A stretch of 25,198 nucleotides of DNA from Candidatus Iainarchaeum sp. GTDB taxonomy: Archaea > B1Sed10-29. Below, piece by piece: positions 6,592 through 14,565 of this stretch; position 1 is the stretch's first letter, and each line of letters starts with the position of its first letter. The DNA lies in assembly GCA_003553825.1 (NCBI GenBank), contig PWFL01000023.1:1-25198 (forward strand). Reading direction: 5' to 3'. The translations under genes and the position numbers were made by a program. Under the pieces are notes generated by a model, which made no database searches, had not been told where the DNA came from, and saw only the letters and a list, made by a program, of their open reading frames with translations.

Positions 6592-8457
6592 TTATTCTTC
6601 CTCTTCGTTGACCCAGTCGCTCATCATCTTGGTTAATTTATATTTATTCGGGAAGTTTATCCCAAGGTCGAATCCGGATAGGTTTTTTGGTAGTTTTTCT
6701 TCGTTCGACCTTGCTTCTGACCATATTTGTGGTTCTTCTCTCTTCTTTACTTTCAGATAGGGCTTCATCTCTTCAGTATCGGCTATCATGAACAGCGTAC
6801 CTATTTCTCCTAGTTCTTGGTCTCTCTTGAGTGCTTTGTTTATCCTGTGTGCTGATAAAGGATCTATGTAGAGCTGTGAAACTCTCTTACCAATTAGGGT
6901 AGGAGTGAGCTTCTTTTTTTGTTCCTTCTGCTTCATCTCTATGAATCCCCATTCCTCAAGGTCTGAAGTAACATTGTTGAGCAACTCTCTTAGCTGTTCA
7001 GCGGTCCCGTAGGTCTTTCCGTAGAACGTCTTTGAGAAGAATTTCTGTAAATCTTTGAATGAGTGACATGTTCCGGTAATGATTGATAGCACGTGTTCTC
7101 TTAGAACAGGTTCCGAGCCGAGTTTTGATTCCACAGGTTCTAGTTCTCCTTCTATGTATCTATCCTGAAATTCTTCTATCTCTTCTTTTTTTCTAGCTAT
7201 TATTATGGCTTCTCCGTAGTCATCGTACTGTGGTCTGCCAGCTCTTCCAGCTCTTTGTTTGTACCTGTTCGTTTGTATTAGTTCGGATCCCTGTCCTGTA
7301 TACATGTACATTGAGTTCATAACCACTCTCTTGGTTGGTAGATTTATTCCTGCTGCTAGCGTTGGTGTGGCTACTATAATCCTTATCAGACCTTTCTCGA
7401 ATGCTTTTTCCACTGCGTTTCTTTGTTTTCTCACTAGTCCTGCGTGGTGGAATGCTGCTCCTTTTTCAACGAGTTCTGCTAGTTTTTTACACTGTTCGGT
7501 TGGTCTTGATAACGCGTTCTCGATCTCTCGTGCTGTTTCGGATAATGCGTGTTTTTCTTTATCTATCTTTTTCTTTGTTAGTTCTGATGCTCTTTTCGCG
7601 TTGGACTCGGAGTTGTTTCGTGTGTTCGCGAAGACTATTGATTGTTCGTTCTTTTCTAGTGTTTCCTGTATCAGTGTATCTAATTCCCGTGATCTTTTCT
7701 CTATTTGTCGGTTTTCTTTGCCTTTGAATCTTATCAGGCCATTGTGGTATATTCCTTCGTATAGTGGTACTGGTCTGTAGTTCGATTTAATTGTTTTCGA
7801 GTTTATCCATTCCGAGATTTGTTCGGAGTTGGGCATCGTGGCTGATAGAGCGATTATCTGTATATCTGGTTTCAGGTGTTTTATCCTGGATATTAGTACT
7901 TCGAGTGTTGGTCCTCTGTTACTGTCAACGTTCTGTATTTCATCTACTACTAGTAGTTCTAGGTCTTTTAGCCATTCTGGATCGTGTCTTAACAGTGAAT
8001 CTGCTTTTTCGTAGCTGGATATGATTAAGTCGTGTTTTTTGAGTTTCTTGTCTTCGGAGTCGTAGTCACCTATTGATAGGGCAACGTCCATTCCAAGTGA
8101 GCTGTATTTTTTCTTGAAGTTCTGGTATTGTTCAGTGGCTAGTGCTCTTAATGGACATATGTAGAGGGCTTTTGCTCCGTCGTTCACTGTGTTTTTCACT
8201 GATATTAGCTCGGCTATTAGTGTTTTACCTGATCCTGTGGGTGACGAGACTACGTAGGATTTCTTTTCTTTATTTAGGAGCCCTTTTTGAATTGCTTTTG
8301 TCTGAACTGGGTTTAATTGAGTTATATTTTCTTTTTCCAGTATTTCAGTTACTTGTTTGGGCAGTCCGTTTTCTTCAACGGCTTTTTCCACTTTCATGTT
8401 TTTGTTTTCCATGTGTTTATTCTTCTTCTCGAAGTTTTTCTTCTCTAGGTTTTTCAT
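6592..8457 (-). CDS. hel308: Hel308/Ski2-like SF2 DNA helicase, N-terminal fragment ending at an in-frame TAA (possible pseudogene or assembly error)
   Basis: Q motif LNPVQ, SPTGSGKT, PLRALA, DEIQ, LSAT, HHAGL, ATPTLAAGINLP, QRAGRAGRPQYD, winged-helix TxIGKRVSQLYIDPLSA. The real start is probably the ATG at 8412 or 8397, because the extra N-terminal K/N-rich residues look non-homologous. Confidence 0.93.
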   Translation of the reverse strand: MKNLEKKNFEKKNKHMENKNMKVEKAVEENGLPKQVTEILEKENITQLNPVQTKAIQKGLLNKEKKSYVVSSPTGSGKTLIAELISVKNTVNDGAKALYICPLRALATEQYQNFKKKYSSLGMDVALSIGDYDSEDKKLKKHDLIISSYEKADSLLRHDPEWLKDLELLVVDEIQNVDSNRGPTLEVLISRIKHLKPDIQIIALSATMPNSEQISEWINSKTIKSNYRPVPLYEGIYHNGLIRFKGKENRQIEKRSRELDTLIQETLEKNEQSIVFANTRNNSESNAKRASELTKKKIDKEKHALSETAREIENALSRPTEQCKKLAELVEKGAAFHHAGLVRKQRNAVEKAFEKGLIRIIVATPTLAAGINLPTKRVVMNSMYMYTGQGSELIQTNRYKQRAGRAGRPQYDDYGEAIIIARKKEEIEEFQDRYIEGELEPVESKLGSEPVLREHVLSIITGTCHSFKDLQKFFSKTFYGKTYGTAEQLRELLNNVTSDLEEWGFIEMKQKEQKKKLTPTLIGKRVSQLYIDPLSAHRINKALKRDQELGEIGTLFMIADTEEMKPYLKVKKREEPQIWSEARSNEEKLPKNLSGFDLGINFPNKYKLTKMMSDWVNEEEE

Positions 8458-8540
8458 GGATGTAGTGATCTTCAGTGGATAAAACTAGTTTTTTCCAAAA
8501 AAATAGGGTTCAAAGGTGCTTGATTAATTAGAAGACTTAT

Positions 8541-9176
8541 TTATTTTTTAGCTATCTTCAGTAGCTTTTTAAGAGCTTTTCTCTTTTTTCTGTATTTGTT
8601 TAGTTTTTTTCTTAGTTTTTTCATTCTTTTGTCCACTAGATCTTTGGAGAACTGTTCTCTTTCCATTACTTGTTCCTGTATGGTTCCTCTTCCTTCAGCT
8701 ATTTGGCTATTTGATGCTTCTAGAAGTCTTTCTCTGTATTCTGGTTCGTTAACGAACATCTTTAGCATGTCTTTCCATTCTGAGTCATTTACTTTTTCCA
8801 TTGGTGGCTGTATTTCCTTGTATGCTTCTTTATAGTCATCGTCAGTTCTTTTCTTGTACAGGTGTCTCCAGTAAAGCGGGTTCAGTGACTTTTTAACCGG
8901 GTTGAGTTTATCTCTGTCTTTCTCTCTTTTCTTTCTTCTAAGTTTTGTTAGTTCTTCTCTGAGGTATTCTTCCTTTTTCTTTGCTTGGTTTATCTGTTTC
9001 TTGATTCTCTTCTTCCCTGGATAGATTAAATCAGGTTTTCCAGATCCTTCTCTATCTATCTTGAGTATACCGCCCTGATTCAGGTAAATCTCAATAGCCT
9101 CCTCTATATCTTTGGAGTTGCTACTACCGAGTTTGAGGTTTAAGTACTCCGAGAATCTTCCTAGTATGGTGGACAT
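8541..9176 (-). CDS. Hypothetical highly basic, coiled-coil-rich protein
   Basis: 211-aa ATG-started ORF fills the gap between hel308 and nac. K/R-rich helices, one aromatic motif LNPLYWRHLY; no family recognised. Confidence 0.75.
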   Translation of the reverse strand: MSTILGRFSEYLNLKLGSSNSKDIEEAIEIYLNQGGILKIDREGSGKPDLIYPGKKRIKKQINQAKKKEEYLREELTKLRRKKREKDRDKLNPVKKSLNPLYWRHLYKKRTDDDYKEAYKEIQPPMEKVNDSEWKDMLKMFVNEPEYRERLLEASNSQIAEGRGTIQEQVMEREQFSKDLVDKRMKKLRKKLNKYRKKRKALKKLLKIAKK

Positions 9177-9254
9177 ATTTAACCCAGTGTATATAAAAGA
9201 ATCATGGTTTAAATAAGAAACAGAAAAATTAATTTGAAAAAATCAAACTCAAAA

Positions 9255-9260
9255 GGAGGT
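9255..9260 (+). promoter_or_regulatory. Shine-Dalgarno site of nac
   Basis: GGAGGT 7 nt upstream of the ATG at 9268. Confidence 0.75.
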
Positions 9261-9267
9261 TTTAAAT

Positions 9268-9594
9268 ATGATGCCAGGATCGCTTGATCCAAAAAAGATG
9301 CAGAAGATGATGAAACAGATGGGCATGGAGCCCAAACAAATCGATGCGGAAGAAGTAGTGATTAGAGGAAAGGATAACTACGTTGTGAAGAATCCGCAAG
9401 TCACTTTGATAGAGATGAAAGGTAAGAAAACATTTCAAGTGATGGGAGATGTACAGGAAGGTAAGAAAGAAATTTACAGTGACGAAGATATAGAGACAGT
9501 TTCGGATAAAGCAGATGTATCTGAAGAAGAAGCAAAGAAAGCTCTTGAAGAAACTGATGGAGATATAGCTGACGCTATAATGAAGTTAAAGTAG
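9268..9594 (+). CDS. nac: Archaeal nascent polypeptide-associated complex protein
   Basis: DPKKMQKMMKQMGM..IDAEEVVI..NPQVTLIEMKG..FQVMG NAC domain plus C-terminal UBA-like EDIETV...ALEETDGDIADAIMKL. Confidence 0.95.
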   Translation: MMPGSLDPKKMQKMMKQMGMEPKQIDAEEVVIRGKDNYVVKNPQVTLIEMKGKKTFQVMGDVQEGKKEIYSDEDIETVSDKADVSEEEAKKALEETDGDIADAIMKLK

Positions 9595-9602
9595 AGAAAT
9601 AG

Positions 9603-10715
9603 TTATTCAGATGTGAGGTCAAATATTTCATCGTAGAGGATCTTGTAGGAGACCTCCATCGGAACCTCTTCTTCAGTATGTTCAAACGGGACGGTTGTGA
9701 ACCCTGTGTCAAGTTCAGGATCAACTATAGTGTATTCTTCCCCTTCAAGAGTAACTTGGTCGGGCATGTCCACTTCCACTGTTTTTTCCACATTCAGTTC
9801 AAGGAACTCCTTATCTCTCATGTAATCTATAGTCTCATTGAAGTTTGATTCATCCATAGCCATGACTGAAATCGTTTTTGTTTCATTATCTATATCAACC
9901 TGCATCGCTGAGAGATTTTTTATATTTTCTTTCTGCTCTTCGGAGAGATTTTGATCTTGATAGGAATACTGGGCAGCGTACTGCTGTGTGCTAATTATTT
10001 CAAGGGTGTGGTTCTTTTTGATGGTTCTTCCCTTCTCTTCGAAGTGTTCGTCCGTGACACCGTACCTTGGGAAGTCTCGGTCCTGTCTGCATCTGGCTGG
10101 TGCATGAGTGAGCTGGTTATCAAGGTCAGCTATCATTTGAGGACAATCTATTTCAATGGATTGATTCAGATGCTGTGAATACATTGTTTGAGTTGAGATG
10201 GATTGATTACCCGTGTGGATAGTTATCTCTTCATCATCTTCAGTGGTGCCCGTTATATTCGAGGGCAGTGTCACTTCTCCTTCTCTATAGGTTGATACGT
10301 CCTGGTAGTGTCTGGATAGGTGGAACCATAACTTGAACCCTACTTCACCTGCTTGAGAGCTGTTCTGTACTTCCACTACTCCACTGTAATCCCATCCTCC
10401 TCTTGTTGGATTTGGAGATGTAATGGAGTAATTAATATCTTCAGATACTGCTGCTTCGATTCTTTCCCTCATAGCGGTAACATCGTTGTCCTCGCCAACG
10501 GCTTCGAAGTACACGTAAGGATCCAAAGAAGATATTTCAGATTCGAATACAGATTCAAATACCTGTTGATCCACAGGCTCTTCCCCATTCTCATCGGGAA
10601 GCTCTATTTCTTCTCCACCCCCGATGAAACGTATTACCGGTCCTAAAGAGAGTCCGAAGAGTATTATTACCACGAGTATTAATCCTTTTTTCTCCAATTT
10701 AACCACCTGTGACAA
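9603..10715 (-). CDS. Hypothetical N-terminally anchored exported acidic protein
   Basis: KK-GLILVVIILFGLSLG signal/anchor, E/D-rich beta-type sequence, 10 N-x-S/T sequons by my count, one Cys pair. The start codon (TTG or GTG) is uncertain. Confidence 0.75.
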   Translation of the reverse strand: MSQVVKLEKKGLILVVIILFGLSLGPVIRFIGGGEEIELPDENGEEPVDQQVFESVFESEISSLDPYVYFEAVGEDNDVTAMRERIEAAVSEDINYSITSPNPTRGGWDYSGVVEVQNSSQAGEVGFKLWFHLSRHYQDVSTYREGEVTLPSNITGTTEDDEEITIHTGNQSISTQTMYSQHLNQSIEIDCPQMIADLDNQLTHAPARCRQDRDFPRYGVTDEHFEEKGRTIKKNHTLEIISTQQYAAQYSYQDQNLSEEQKENIKNLSAMQVDIDNETKTISVMAMDESNFNETIDYMRDKEFLELNVEKTVEVDMPDQVTLEGEEYTIVDPELDTGFTTVPFEHTEEEVPMEVSYKILYDEIFDLTSE

Positions 10716-10982
10716 AAATCTTAATATTGATTTTTTAGTTAACTGTAACCAATAATTAGTTACTGAGCTCTGTACTTATATTTCTTTGTGGTCGATACCC
10801 TGAAATCATTGGTTTCACACTTTTTTACACCATATTTATATACTATGATGGGAAAAATTAACACTGCAAAGAGTCAGGTTCTAGTATCGAAATCTTGTAT
10901 CAAGATATTCAAAGAACGCAGTTACGAAGACAGAGGAAAAGATAAAAGAAACACCTAACAAGTTAAACAAAGTGATTAAAAT

Positions 10983-11696
10983 ATGGATAAATTCTACAGG
11001 GTCGAATACACCGGTAAGATAAAGAGAACAGGAGACGTTTTCGACACCACGGACGAAGAAGTTGCTGAAGAAGAAGGAATACATAACGAGAAAATGGAGT
11101 ACGGTCCAAGAGACCTAACAAGCGAAGAAGAATTGATAGAAGGAGTAATGGAGCAACTTGAAGAGATGGAAGAAGGGGAAGAAAAGGAATTCACGGTTCC
11201 CCCTGAAAAAGGATATGGAAAAAGAGACCCTAGCAAAGTAGAGATGGTTCCGAAAAAAGATTTTGAAGATACTGAAGTAACTCCAATGCCAGGAATGCAA
11301 GTAATACTGGACGGACAACCCGCTAAAATACAAACAGTGTCAGGAGGAAGAGTTAGAGTAGACTTCAACAACCCTCTCGCAGGCAAGGATTTAGAATACA
11401 AAATGAAGGTATTGAAGGTGTTTGAAAAAGATGAAGAAAAAGCCAAGGTACTGATAAAGGAAGAATTACCAGTATCAGAAGAAGAAATAAGAACACAAGA
11501 ACAGATGGAAAAAGAAACAGAAGACAATAAAGACACTAAGAAACTCCTAAAGGTTCAAGTACCTTTAGGAACCTTTGGAAAAGATGCAGAAGAAGAGAAA
11601 GAACAAGTAAAGGAAAAAATAAAAGATAAAACATCCTACGAAACCATTGAAATAGAAGAAGAAGCAATGGAAGAGGAAGAAAAAGGAGAAGAATAA
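10983..11696 (+). CDS. slyD: FKBP-type peptidyl-prolyl cis-trans isomerase (archaeal long-type, SlyD-like)
   Basis: VEYTGK..GDVFDTT, LIEG, VPPEKGYGKRDP, insert-in-flap domain (PMPGMQV..SGGRVRVDFNNPLAGKDLEYKMKV), acidic C-terminal domain. Confidence 0.93.
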   Translation: MDKFYRVEYTGKIKRTGDVFDTTDEEVAEEEGIHNEKMEYGPRDLTSEEELIEGVMEQLEEMEEGEEKEFTVPPEKGYGKRDPSKVEMVPKKDFEDTEVTPMPGMQVILDGQPAKIQTVSGGRVRVDFNNPLAGKDLEYKMKVLKVFEKDEEKAKVLIKEELPVSEEEIRTQEQMEKETEDNKDTKKLLKVQVPLGTFGKDAEEEKEQVKEKIKDKTSYETIEIEEEAMEEEEKGEE

Positions 11697-11801
11697 ACAT
11701 TAGATTTAAATAGGCCTAGCCACAAGAATACAGTGACTCACCTAAATGAAATTAAACACCCTGAATTCTTAATTTGTTAACCCCTAAGAGGAAGTTTTAT
11801 T

Positions 11802-12473
11802 ATGAACCAACAAGAACAAGAAAAACAAATAAGAGAACAGAAAGAAAACCAATCCAAGACCACCACCCTAGGACTAAAATCCGAAGAAGGTGTTGTACTA
11901 GCAACAGAAAGCCAAGCATCAATGGGATATCTAGTAGCGGACAAATACGCGGAAAAGATAATCCCACTACAAGACCACATAGCACTAACAATCTCTGGAG
12001 GAGTAGGAGACGCTCAAACACTAGGAAGAATAATGAAAGCACAGACAAATCTATACCAACTCGAAAGAAAAAGAAAAATGAATGTAGAATCAGCAGCACC
12101 CTTACTAGCGAACGTGCTACAAGGAAACAGATTACTACCGTTCTACGTGAGCCTCATAATGGGAGGCTACGACAAAGAACCACAACTATACTCATTAGAT
12201 GCACTTGGATCAAAGATGGAGAAAAAAGCAGCAGCAACAGGATCAGGATCACCAATAGCATACGGAGTACTGGAAAACTACTACGAAGAAGAAAACGACA
12301 TAGAAGACAACCTAGAAATAGCTCTAAAAGCAATACACGCAGCAAAAGAAAGAGACTCAATGTCCGGAGGAAGAAACATACACCTAATGCAGATCACGGA
12401 AAAAGGATCAAAAAAATACACTCAAGAAGAAATAGAAGAACTCAAAAAAGACATAGACCTACGAAGAATATAG
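11802..12473 (+). CDS. psmB: Proteasome beta subunit
   Basis: 19-aa propeptide then TTTLG, ATE (E17), EKI (K33), TISGGVGDAQ, ATGSGSPIAYGVLE, RDSMSGG; directly upstream of aCPSF1, a conserved archaeal pairing. Confidence 0.96.
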   Translation: MNQQEQEKQIREQKENQSKTTTLGLKSEEGVVLATESQASMGYLVADKYAEKIIPLQDHIALTISGGVGDAQTLGRIMKAQTNLYQLERKRKMNVESAAPLLANVLQGNRLLPFYVSLIMGGYDKEPQLYSLDALGSKMEKKAAATGSGSPIAYGVLENYYEEENDIEDNLEIALKAIHAAKERDSMSGGRNIHLMQITEKGSKKYTQEEIEELKKDIDLRRI

Positions 12474-12655
12474 AAAACAAAAAAAGAAACACCAAATTCC
12501 TAAATAGGCTCATCCAACCCGAAAACAAACAGAACCAGAGATAAGTATTAGTAAACAAAGAAAACAACTCAAAAAGCTCAAAGAAACAATAGAATCTATA
12601 ACAACAATTACACAACTAACTATAAGAACAACAAACAATACATAGAACAAATATA

Positions 12656-12660
12656 AGGAG
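12656..12660 (+). promoter_or_regulatory. Shine-Dalgarno site of aCPSF1
   Basis: AGGAG 8 nt upstream of the ATG at 12669. Confidence 0.6.
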
Positions 12661-12668
12661 TTTTAACT

Positions 12669-14561
12669 ATGACATACTTAGAAGAACTTAAAGAAGAAAT
12701 AAGAGAAGAAGTACCGGAAGAAGTGATGCTCACAAAGATAGAAGCAGAAGGATCCGACCTCGTACTATACTCAAAAAACATATCCAAACTAATCAACGAC
12801 GAAACCATAATAAAAAACCTGGCAAAGAAATTCAAAAAAAGATTCATACCAAGAACCGATGAATCAATGCTACAACCACCTGAAAAAGCAAAGGAAACAA
12901 TAGAAGAAATAATACCAAAGGACCCAGGACTAAAATCCATAGAATTCAGCCCAAGCTTCAGCAGAGTAGCGATAAAAGCGGAAAAACTAGGACTGATAAT
13001 AGGAAAAAATGGAAAAACAATCAGAGAAATAACAACAAAAACAGGATGGAAACCACAACTGCAAAGAACACCAAAAGAAGAACCACAAACACTCAAAGCA
13101 ATAAGAAAAATCCTAATAGAAGAAGAAAAAGAAAGAAAAAAAATACTGAAAGGATTTGGAGAAAAAATATTCAAGGAACCACCCGAAGAAATAGACTGGG
13201 TAAGAACCACATCACTAGGAGCAAACAGAGAAGTAGGAAGAAGCTGCTTCCTACTGGAAACACCTGAAAGCAAAGTAATGCTCGACGCAGGAGTAAAAAT
13301 AGATGGAAAGGACTCGGACAAATACCCATACCTCTCATCAATAAACTTCTCACTGGACGAATTGGACGCAGTCATAGTGAGCCACGCACATCTGGATCAC
13401 TCAGGATTCGTACCATACCTCTACAACTACGGTTACGAAGGACCGGTCTACTCAACAAAGCCAACAAGAACACTAATGACGTTACTGCAAAAAGACTTCA
13501 TAAAAATTGCTAAAAGAGAAGCAGAAAACCCACCATACGATGAAAAATCCATAAAGAAACAAATACTACGCTCCATAGCAAAAGGATACGGAGAAGTAAC
13601 GGACATAACCCCAGACATGAGATTAACACTTCAGAACGCGGGCCACATATTAGGCTCAAGCATAACACACCTACACATAGGAGAAGGAGCACACAACCTA
13701 GTGTACACCGGGGACTTAAAATTCGGATACACCGAGATGCTCAACCCAGCACACACCGACTTCCCAAGAATAGAGACCCTAATAATGGAGTCAACATACG
13801 GAGGACAAGAAGACAGACAACAAGACACGCGAAAGAGCAAAAAAGAACTAGTAAAAATAATAAAAGAAACCACGGACCGAAACGGAACAGTACTAATACC
13901 TAGCTTTGGAGTGGGAAGAGCACAAGCAATTATGCTTATACTGGAAGAAAATCACAGGAAAAATAACTTCAACGTGCCAGTATACGTGGACGGAATGATA
14001 AAAGAAGCCTCAGCAATCCACACAGCCTACCCAGAGCACTTGAAGAAAAACGTGAAAAAAAGAGTACTACACGACAAATCCCCATTCGAATCAGAAATAT
14101 TCAAGATGGTGGACAGAGACCAAAGAGACGAAATAACTGACAGAGGAAAATCAGTAATACTGTCACCAAGCGGTATGATGTCAGGAGGACCAGTAATAGA
14201 CTACTTCAAGAAACTATGCGGCGATTCAAAGAACACAATAGTCTTTGTCGGATACCAAGCACAAGGAACACTTGGAAGAAAAATAGAAAAGGGAAACAAA
14301 GAAGTGGTGCTAGAAGATCAAAACGGAGAATTAACAGAATACAAAATAAACGCGGACGTGAAATCAATATCCGGTTTCAGCGGACACGCAGATATAAATG
14401 AATTACTGGGATACTACAAAAAGATAAATCCAAAGCCGGAGAAAGTACTAGTAGTGCACGGGGAAGAGAGCAAGACAAAGAACTTTGCAAAGAGCCTGAA
14501 CTACAAATTCAACGTTGATACAATATCCCCCAGGAACCTGGAATCAATTAGATTAAAATAA
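12669..14561 (+). CDS. fttA: KH-domain beta-CASP ribonuclease aCPSF1 / transcription termination factor FttA
   Basis: N-terminal KH domains (GLIIGKNGKTIREI), LGANREVGRSC, SHAHLDHSG, AGHILGS, YTGDLK, MESTYGG, GYQAQGTLG, FSGHAD, VHGE, PRNLESIRL; 630 aa is the typical length. Confidence 0.97.
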   Translation: MTYLEELKEEIREEVPEEVMLTKIEAEGSDLVLYSKNISKLINDETIIKNLAKKFKKRFIPRTDESMLQPPEKAKETIEEIIPKDPGLKSIEFSPSFSRVAIKAEKLGLIIGKNGKTIREITTKTGWKPQLQRTPKEEPQTLKAIRKILIEEEKERKKILKGFGEKIFKEPPEEIDWVRTTSLGANREVGRSCFLLETPESKVMLDAGVKIDGKDSDKYPYLSSINFSLDELDAVIVSHAHLDHSGFVPYLYNYGYEGPVYSTKPTRTLMTLLQKDFIKIAKREAENPPYDEKSIKKQILRSIAKGYGEVTDITPDMRLTLQNAGHILGSSITHLHIGEGAHNLVYTGDLKFGYTEMLNPAHTDFPRIETLIMESTYGGQEDRQQDTRKSKKELVKIIKETTDRNGTVLIPSFGVGRAQAIMLILEENHRKNNFNVPVYVDGMIKEASAIHTAYPEHLKKNVKKRVLHDKSPFESEIFKMVDRDQRDEITDRGKSVILSPSGMMSGGPVIDYFKKLCGDSKNTIVFVGYQAQGTLGRKIEKGNKEVVLEDQNGELTEYKINADVKSISGFSGHADINELLGYYKKINPKPEKVLVVHGEESKTKNFAKSLNYKFNVDTISPRNLESIRLK

Positions 14562-14565
14562 AGGA

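Noticed and set aside
6592-6594. Genome-wide TAA reassignment as the explanation for the hel308 stop
   Set aside because: polC, sepF, fttA and asnS all end with TAA exactly at their expected C-termini, so TAA is a normal stop here.
8469-8486. ttcagtggataaaac, resembling an ORB core
   Set aside because: Single degenerate copy, 2.3 kb from cdc6, with no inverted partner or G-string.
10801-10817. Imperfect palindrome tgaaatc-att-ggtttca in a divergent spacer
   Set aside because: Single occurrence, one mismatch, AT-rich; not distinguishable from chance without comparative data.
10845-10958. 37-codon ORF (MMGKINTAK...) upstream of the FKBP gene
   Set aside because: No RBS, no recognisable motif, and the TATA-like tract abuts the ATG too closely for a leaderless start. 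Cannot be supported.
11774-12544. 256-aa alternative-frame ORF overlapping psmB, and similar same-strand shadows such as 541..987 and 13046..13267
   Set aside because: R/K/T/N-rich sequence with no motifs. The extreme T-depletion of this strand removes stop codons, so long off-frame ORFs are expected.
12474-12668. A/C-rich spacer with aac/aca iterations that resembles a repeat array
   Set aside because: No fixed unit or spacer structure. It is a by-product of the local strand bias, not a CRISPR or satellite.
12620-13375. Long antisense ORFs (also 10994..11536, 7259..7780, 21882..22277, 22954..23253, 23547..23924 and many F/L/S-rich short ones)
   Set aside because: They are reverse complements of well-supported genes, and their F/S/L richness simply mirrors A-rich codons. 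No start signals or family motifs.
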